Origin: Prochlorococcus marinus subsp. pastoris str. CCMP1986
Lineage (GTDB): Bacteria > Cyanobacteriota > Cyanobacteriia > PCC-6307 > Cyanobiaceae
Direction: 5' to 3'
Assembly: GCF_000011465.1 (NCBI RefSeq)
Contig: NC_005072.1
Span: 630,001 to 662,000 of the forward strand
DNA: 32,000 bases
The notes beneath the pieces were generated by a model. It saw only the letters and a program-made list of their open reading frames with translations. It did not search any database and was not told the DNA's origin. A program made the position numbers and the translations under genes. Below are positions 28,125 through 32,000 of the stretch, piece by piece (within the stretch, counting starts at the first letter, position 1; each line of letters begins with the position of its first letter).

Positions 28125-28271
28125 ATGAAGATTCAAACGCCTTTCACAGTTCTACCAAAGTACTTTAATTACTTCCACAACTACTCTAATAAGGCTAACG
28201 AAGAATTAGTTTTATATACTTATATTCCTGAGTACCTAAAAAAAATACTGAAAAAAATTAAGAAGCTTTAA
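28125..28271 (+). CDS. Hypothetical 48-aa Tyr/Lys-rich protein
   Basis: Hand-translated as MKIQTPFTVLPKYFNYFHNYSNKANEELVLYTYIPEYLKKILKKIKKL. AGGAG lies 6 nt before the ATG, and the start is 13 nt after the previous stop. Confidence 0.4.
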   Translation: MKIQTPFTVLPKYFNYFHNYSNKANEELVLYTYIPEYLKKILKKIKKL

Positions 28272-28634
28272 TTAAAAGTTATTGAGATAAGGAATGTTCA
28301 AATCATCCTACTAATCAGTATTGTTTAGTCTATTGTGATTAACCTTTTTAATTCTTTTTATCCCAACTTGTTTATTGATTACAAGTGAATTATTCTAAAT
28401 TTTTTAGTCTGTTATGAAGAACTTGCTAAAGGATTTGAATGAATTAAGTTTTTAATTATTTATACACAATTTAGGTAAATTATAAAATGTTAATCATATC
28501 AATTTTGAATCACTATTTTAAATTTCTATTATTGGAATTAAAATTAAAAAATTAATTTTTAGTGTTTGAAGAATATATTAAGATACTTAATAAGTTTTAT
28601 GCTTTATTTAAACAATATTTGAAATCTTAACTAT

Positions 28635-28889
28635 TTAAATAAAACCTGGAATTATCCATCCAAAAAAACCATAATTTACAACTAAGGCCAATAAACCAAC
28701 CATGGCTAACCTCCCATTTGTTATTTCGGCATTTTTCCAAAAGCTTTTTTTTCTGTTATTCATTTTGGGGGACTTTTGGGAATCAAATAAATTAGGGTCT
28801 AAAGGCTCCTGTAATCTCTTTATGGTGTAAAGGGTAAATTGCAATGTTATAGCTATAACGACAATTATAAAACCAGTAAGTGGACTCAT
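28635..28889 (-). CDS. hli: High-light-inducible protein (HLIP) with an N-terminal extension carrying a second hydrophobic helix
   Basis: The C-terminal half, MNNRKKSFWKNAEITNGRLAMVGLLALVVNYGFFGWIIPGFI, is a canonical HLIP (AExxNGRxAMxG). The long form starts at an ATG 4 nt after the upstream hli stop. The alternative short start is ATG 28763. Confidence 0.8.
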   Translation of the reverse strand: MSPLTGFIIVVIAITLQFTLYTIKRLQEPLDPNLFDSQKSPKMNNRKKSFWKNAEITNGRLAMVGLLALVVNYGFFGWIIPGFI

Positions 28890-28893
28890 TAGA

Positions 28894-29028
28894 TTAAACG
28901 AATCCAGGAATAATTTGACCAGTTGTTAAATAAGCTCCAACCGCCGCAATGAACCCAATCATTGCAAATCTCCCATTAAGTTTTTCAGCAACAATTTTTT
29001 CTTTTTCAACAGATTTGATTTTTGCCAT
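28894..29028 (-). CDS. hli: High-light-inducible protein (44 aa)
   Basis: Below the track cutoff. Hand-translated as MAKIKSVEKEKIVAEKLNGRFAMIGFIAAVGAYLTTGQIIPGFV, with the E-x2-NGR-x-AM-x-G chlorophyll-binding motif. Confidence 0.85.
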   Translation of the reverse strand: MAKIKSVEKEKIVAEKLNGRFAMIGFIAAVGAYLTTGQIIPGFV

Positions 29029-29116
29029 TATTAAGTTATTAATTATTAATAAATGTAACACAAAATTTACGTATTGTAATAAAAAAGGTGAAATATAGCT
29101 TTTTCTGGATATTTAA

Positions 29117-29134
29117 TTACATTTTTGTTACATA
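29117..29134. promoter_or_regulatory. HLR1-like direct repeat (aTTACAtt-N-TGTTACAta) upstream of the hli pair
   Basis: Two TTACA cores lie 11 nt apart (canonical HLR1 spacing is 10), about 90-105 nt upstream of the hli ATG at 29028. Confidence 0.25.
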
Positions 29135-29197
29135 AGTGTGGAAAAATTTATTAGATTTATAAATTTAAAAAATTTTTTCTCTAAACTATTTTATTTA

Positions 29198-29317
29198 TTA
29201 GTTATTTTTGTTTACTTGAGGTAGGTAAAACTTGTTTCCAAGAGTGTAGCCAATTGACATTAATACTAAACCTATCAATTGAGGTAAATGTGCATTTGCT
29301 AAAGAAATTTTATCCAT
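29198..29317 (-). CDS. Hypothetical 39-aa single-helix miniprotein
   Basis: Hand-translated as MDKISLANAHLPQLIGLVLMSIGYTLGNKFYLPQVNKNN. Confidence 0.3.
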   Translation of the reverse strand: MDKISLANAHLPQLIGLVLMSIGYTLGNKFYLPQVNKNN

Positions 29318-29399
29318 TATTTAAGGTAGTTTAAAAACTATAATAGTTAATAATTATTTATTCTGTAGTCTTTTATTAAATTTATGAAAATTAGAAATT

Positions 29400-29561
29400 T
29401 TAATAATCGATTTCACCAGATTCTTTTAATGAATTAACAATTCTCTCATTTTCAGTTTTTAAATTTTCTAATGCTGATTTAGTAAATTGTTCTTTAGCTT
29501 CAAATTTTGCTGAGCGGATTATTTTTTTATTAGGCCATTTCTTATTTTGCTCTTGCTTCAT
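29400..29561 (-). CDS. Hypothetical 53-aa charged protein
   Basis: Hand-translated as MKQEQNKKWPNKKIIRSAKFEAKEQFTKSALENLKTENERIVNSLKESGEIDY. Confidence 0.35.
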   Translation of the reverse strand: MKQEQNKKWPNKKIIRSAKFEAKEQFTKSALENLKTENERIVNSLKESGEIDY

Positions 29562-29754
29562 TTTAAATTTGTTTCTTAGTGGATATTAAAAGAAAGAGTT
29601 TTTTATAAAAGTATAGATTTTTACAAAATGTTAGTTAATAATAATTATTCATAAACTTTTCTTTAATTATTTAACTAACGATTTAAGTAAAAAATTTTAA
29701 GTTGAAAATATCATTAAAATTTATCCAACAGTCTTTTGATATAATTTAAATTGC

Positions 29755-29961
29755 TCAATCTTTTGGAAGCCTCAACCAACCGCTAGTCCATTTTGATTTT
29801 AGAGTTAACCAAGAAATCCTTTTAATATCTTTTTTGTTTTTTGTTGGGAATAGATCTACCCATCTTTTGTCATTTTTACCTCCATAGGCCTTTACTTGAT
29901 AATGACGATTTCCTTCGATTGTTTTTGGTGCTGTCCAGCAATTTGTGGGAGGCCATTTCAT
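29755..29961 (-). CDS. Hypothetical 68-aa Trp/Lys-rich protein
   Basis: Track ORF with ATG start. It has 7 Trp in 68 residues and no recognised motif. Confidence 0.5.
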   Translation of the reverse strand: MKWPPTNCWTAPKTIEGNRHYQVKAYGGKNDKRWVDLFPTKNKKDIKRISWLTLKSKWTSGWLRLPKD

Positions 29962-29988
29962 ATATTAATTTTCTAAAAAAAAAGAATT

Positions 29989-30075
29989 TTATAACGTGCT
30001 ATTGCCTGTTAAAACTAAACCATAGTATGCAATAGTTCCAAGAATTAAAACTATACCCAATACTCGAATAATCAT
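29989..30075 (-). CDS. Hypothetical 28-aa single-helix micropeptide
   Basis: Hand-translated as MIIRVLGIVLILGTIAYYGLVLTGNSTL. Very short, so it could be chance. Confidence 0.2.
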   Translation of the reverse strand: MIIRVLGIVLILGTIAYYGLVLTGNSTL

Positions 30076-30181
30076 TTTTAATAATATTTAATTTTGAATA
30101 ATATTAAAAATAAATCAATGAGTAAAATAATTGTATTATTTTTTAATCTTATGAATTGTTAAAAATTTATTTTCTCATTCC

Positions 30182-30397
30182 TCATTCTTTTTTTTTTTGA
30201 TTCCTAGCCAATGAGTGACATGATTCTGGATGCCACTCATGTTGGATTCTTGCAATGAAATCATAAATAAAAGAATCAGGACATTCCGTTATTTCTTGAA
30301 GCTCAGAAAGTTCCCCTTTAATAAATTCATAAACACTTGAAACTATTCCAATATTTTGTTCATAAGTAGGTTCCCAAGTTTCAGATTCCTTTTTCAT
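30182..30397 (-). CDS. Hypothetical 71-aa acidic protein (4th gene of the operon)
   Basis: Track ORF. Its ATG overlaps the stop of the upstream ORF (ATGA). Confidence 0.5.
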   Translation of the reverse strand: MKKESETWEPTYEQNIGIVSSVYEFIKGELSELQEITECPDSFIYDFIARIQHEWHPESCHSLARNQKKKE

Positions 30398-30585
30398 GTA
30401 TTTGTTTTTTCTCTTTTCTTATCTTCTATAATATCGTAATAAATGATATCTCCATAATCAGCATCTGAACAACATATATCTCCATATATTTTATCTAATA
30501 AATCATAAGCATCTGCAAAGTTTGAAAAAGTTTGCGATGTGACATCATCTTCTTTTCCATCAATTCTTATAATTTTATAATTCAT
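30394..30585 (-). CDS. Hypothetical 63-aa strongly acidic protein (3rd gene)
   Basis: Track ORF. It is rich in D, E and Y, with a CC pair (GDICCSDADYGDIIYYDIIED). Confidence 0.5.
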   Translation of the reverse strand: MNYKIIRIDGKEDDVTSQTFSNFADAYDLLDKIYGDICCSDADYGDIIYYDIIEDKKREKTNT

Positions 30586-30633
30586 GAAAAAATTCTCTTA
30601 AACTAAACTAAATTTACTATGAAGCTTAAATTT

Positions 30634-30837
30634 TTATTTAAGAGATTTAGGGTATAGCTTCTCAATCTTGTCTTTTTGTTTTTGTAATTTCTTTTTCTTA
30701 TAATTTTCTGACAAAGTTCTTCGAATTAGTAATTGTGGGATTAGCCATATCAATGCTATTGCGAAAGCCATAAAAACAGGATTTCTCCAAGTAAGTCTAA
30801 TTAATTCTTGAGTAAATTCTTGATTTAAGATCTCCAT
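30634..30837 (-). CDS. Hypothetical 67-aa membrane protein with a Lys-rich tail (2nd gene)
   Basis: Track ORF with central helix PVFMAFAIALIWLIPQLLI followed by KKKKLQKQKDK. Confidence 0.5.
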   Translation of the reverse strand: MEILNQEFTQELIRLTWRNPVFMAFAIALIWLIPQLLIRRTLSENYKKKKLQKQKDKIEKLYPKSLK

Positions 30838-30840
30838 GAA

Positions 30841-31104
30841 TTAATCTTCTGAAAGTAATTCATTGTTGGGAAATTTATCTTTAATTTTTAAAAGATATTC
30901 TTGTAAGTTTTCTTTGTTATCGGAACACATTTTTTCTAATGACCTTTCCATAAATTTGTTTAAACCTTTACCCTCCAATCCTAAAGACTTTGTTCCGGAT
31001 GCATACATCATTACTAATAATACCTTTGCTTCGTTCTCAGTCATCCAAGCATGCGATGCTATTAATCTATAAATTCTGTCTAATGGACTTTTACTTTCTG
31101 ACAT
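30841..31104 (-). CDS. Hypothetical 87-aa protein (1st gene of the operon)
   Basis: Track ORF trimmed from TTG 31110 to ATG 31104. Only 3 nt separate it from the next ORF. Confidence 0.5.
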   Translation of the reverse strand: MSESKSPLDRIYRLIASHAWMTENEAKVLLVMMYASGTKSLGLEGKGLNKFMERSLEKMCSDNKENLQEYLLKIKDKFPNNELLSED

Positions 31105-31207
31105 TTTCAAATTATAACTAAAATCCTTTCCATTACACCAAATGAATTCGGAATTAAATTTTTTTTTAGGGCTTCAGAAATTATAATATTTGAAATTATC
31201 TAAAAAT

Positions 31208-31873
31208 ATGTCTACTTACCTCATAACTGGTTCAAATAGAGGAATTGGATTGGAATTATGTAAACAAATAATTGAGAGAGGAGATGAGGTAATAGCTACC
31301 TGTAGAGAGGCTTCTTCAGATTTAAAAAACTTGGGTGTAAGAATTGAAGAAGATATTGATATTTCTTCAGAGGATTCAATCAATAATTTAAGGCAATCAC
31401 TATCAGGGGTTGAATTAGATTGTTTAATTCATAATGCAGGTATTTATGAATTTAATTCGATTGATAATTTTGATCATGAAAGTATTATTCGTCAATTTGT
31501 AGTAAATGCTTTAAGTCCTCTTTCTATGACTAGATCACTGAAAGGTCTTTTTAAAAAATATTCAAAGATTGGTTTTATCACGAGCAGAATGGGATCCATT
31601 GGTGATAATTCATCCGGGAGCTCCTATGGTTATAGGATGTCTAAAGTAGCTTTATCCATGGCAGCGAAATCACTTTCAAGAGATTTGTTAAAAGAAGAAA
31701 TTTATGTTGCTATTTTGCATCCAGGCTTAGTAAGTACTCGTATGACTGGATTTACAAAAAATGGTATATCTACAGAAGAATCCGCAAATGGACTCTTAAA
31801 ACGTATCGACTCTCTTAATAAAAATAATACTGGGACATTTTGGCATACTAATGGAGAGATTTTGCCTTGGTAG
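31208..31873 (+). CDS. Short-chain dehydrogenase/reductase (SDR)
   Basis: TGSNRGIGLEL cofactor motif, NAG and catalytic YGYRMSKVAL (YxxxK). I prefer ATG 31208 to the non-ATG start at 31190 in the track. Confidence 0.85.
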   Translation: MSTYLITGSNRGIGLELCKQIIERGDEVIATCREASSDLKNLGVRIEEDIDISSEDSINNLRQSLSGVELDCLIHNAGIYEFNSIDNFDHESIIRQFVVNALSPLSMTRSLKGLFKKYSKIGFITSRMGSIGDNSSGSSYGYRMSKVALSMAAKSLSRDLLKEEIYVAILHPGLVSTRMTGFTKNGISTEESANGLLKRIDSLNKNNTGTFWHTNGEILPW

Positions 31874-32000
31874 ATTTAATTTATTTTCTTGAACTCTGGC
31901 TTATAAAAAATGATTTGTTAAAAAAGCTTTAAATTTTAATATATTTAGTTTCTTTATTAAATCATGTTGGTTATGTTAGAGAAAATATTAGTAAAGGAGG

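Larger units (their letters stand above)
22860..31110. other. Flexible (hypervariable) genomic island of small ORFs and sRNAs
   Basis: Abrupt change from 150-545-aa conserved genes with tiny spacers to 28-129-aa orphan ORFs on both strands with long AT-rich spacers. It contains hli genes and a Yfr2-type sRNA. Confidence 0.6.

Noticed and set aside
29841-31072. Track ORFs 29841..30035(+) and 30863..31072(+)
   Set aside because: 30863..31072 lies antisense inside the better-supported minus-strand ORF 30841..31104. 29841..30035 is antisense to 29755..29961 at its 5' end and overlaps the low-confidence 28-aa ORF 29989..30075 at its 3' end.
22603-31190. Search for tRNA or tmRNA genes, att-like direct repeats, integrase or transposase genes, and CRISPR or tandem repeat arrays at or inside the island
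   Set aside because: By eye I found no T-arm or acceptor-like sequences, no repeat shared by the two island borders, no ORF longer than 129 aa and no regularly spaced repeats. I therefore do not call a mobile element or CRISPR array.
31991-32000. AAGGAGG at the extreme right edge of the window
   Set aside because: It probably serves a gene that starts outside the window and cannot be evaluated here.

Overview
Strongly AT-rich, tightly packed cyanobacterial chromosome. Gene content (tandem hli genes, a Yfr2-type sRNA, purK followed by a 6S-like RNA, class II RNR, phnDCE) points to a high-light-adapted Prochlorococcus; this is inference, as no database search was possible. The window has two parts. 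(1) 1-22.6 kb is a core housekeeping block with almost no intergenic space: nrdJ (partial), a methyltransferase, prfC, a J-like membrane protein, hslO, an ABC ATPase, rsmE, a DUF92 protein, an SGNH hydrolase, aspC-phnD-phnC-phnE, a family-4 UDG, ispG, ctpA, nadA, a metallophosphoesterase, a TPM-domain protein, a MidA-type methyltransferase, aroB and purK. (2) After a GC-richer structured RNA that I call 6S RNA (about 22625-22849), the architecture changes abruptly. From about 22.86 to 31.11 kb lies a flexible island of roughly 25 very small ORFs (28-129 aa) on both strands. Many fall below the 60-aa cutoff of the ORF track and were translated by hand. The island holds a translationally coupled three-ORF module ending in a Cys/His-rich protein, a ClpS adaptor gene broken at an A7 run, and a Yfr2-family sRNA with a doubled GGAAACA loop motif. 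It also holds a three-ORF cassette with phage-like AAGGAGG ribosome-binding sites behind a promoter carrying a perfect 12-bp palindrome, an orphan minus-strand terminator with a micro-ORF and a duplicated 25-nt motif, a tandem hli pair (one with an extra N-terminal helix), and a four-ORF operon of small acidic and membrane proteins. An SDR gene at 31.2 kb resumes ordinary gene structure. I found no tRNA, rRNA, CRISPR array, integrase, transposase or flanking direct repeats. Nothing here can be named as a known defence or mobile system, so the candidates for something undescribed are the small coupled modules and RNA elements of the island. All functional labels come from motif recognition by eye.
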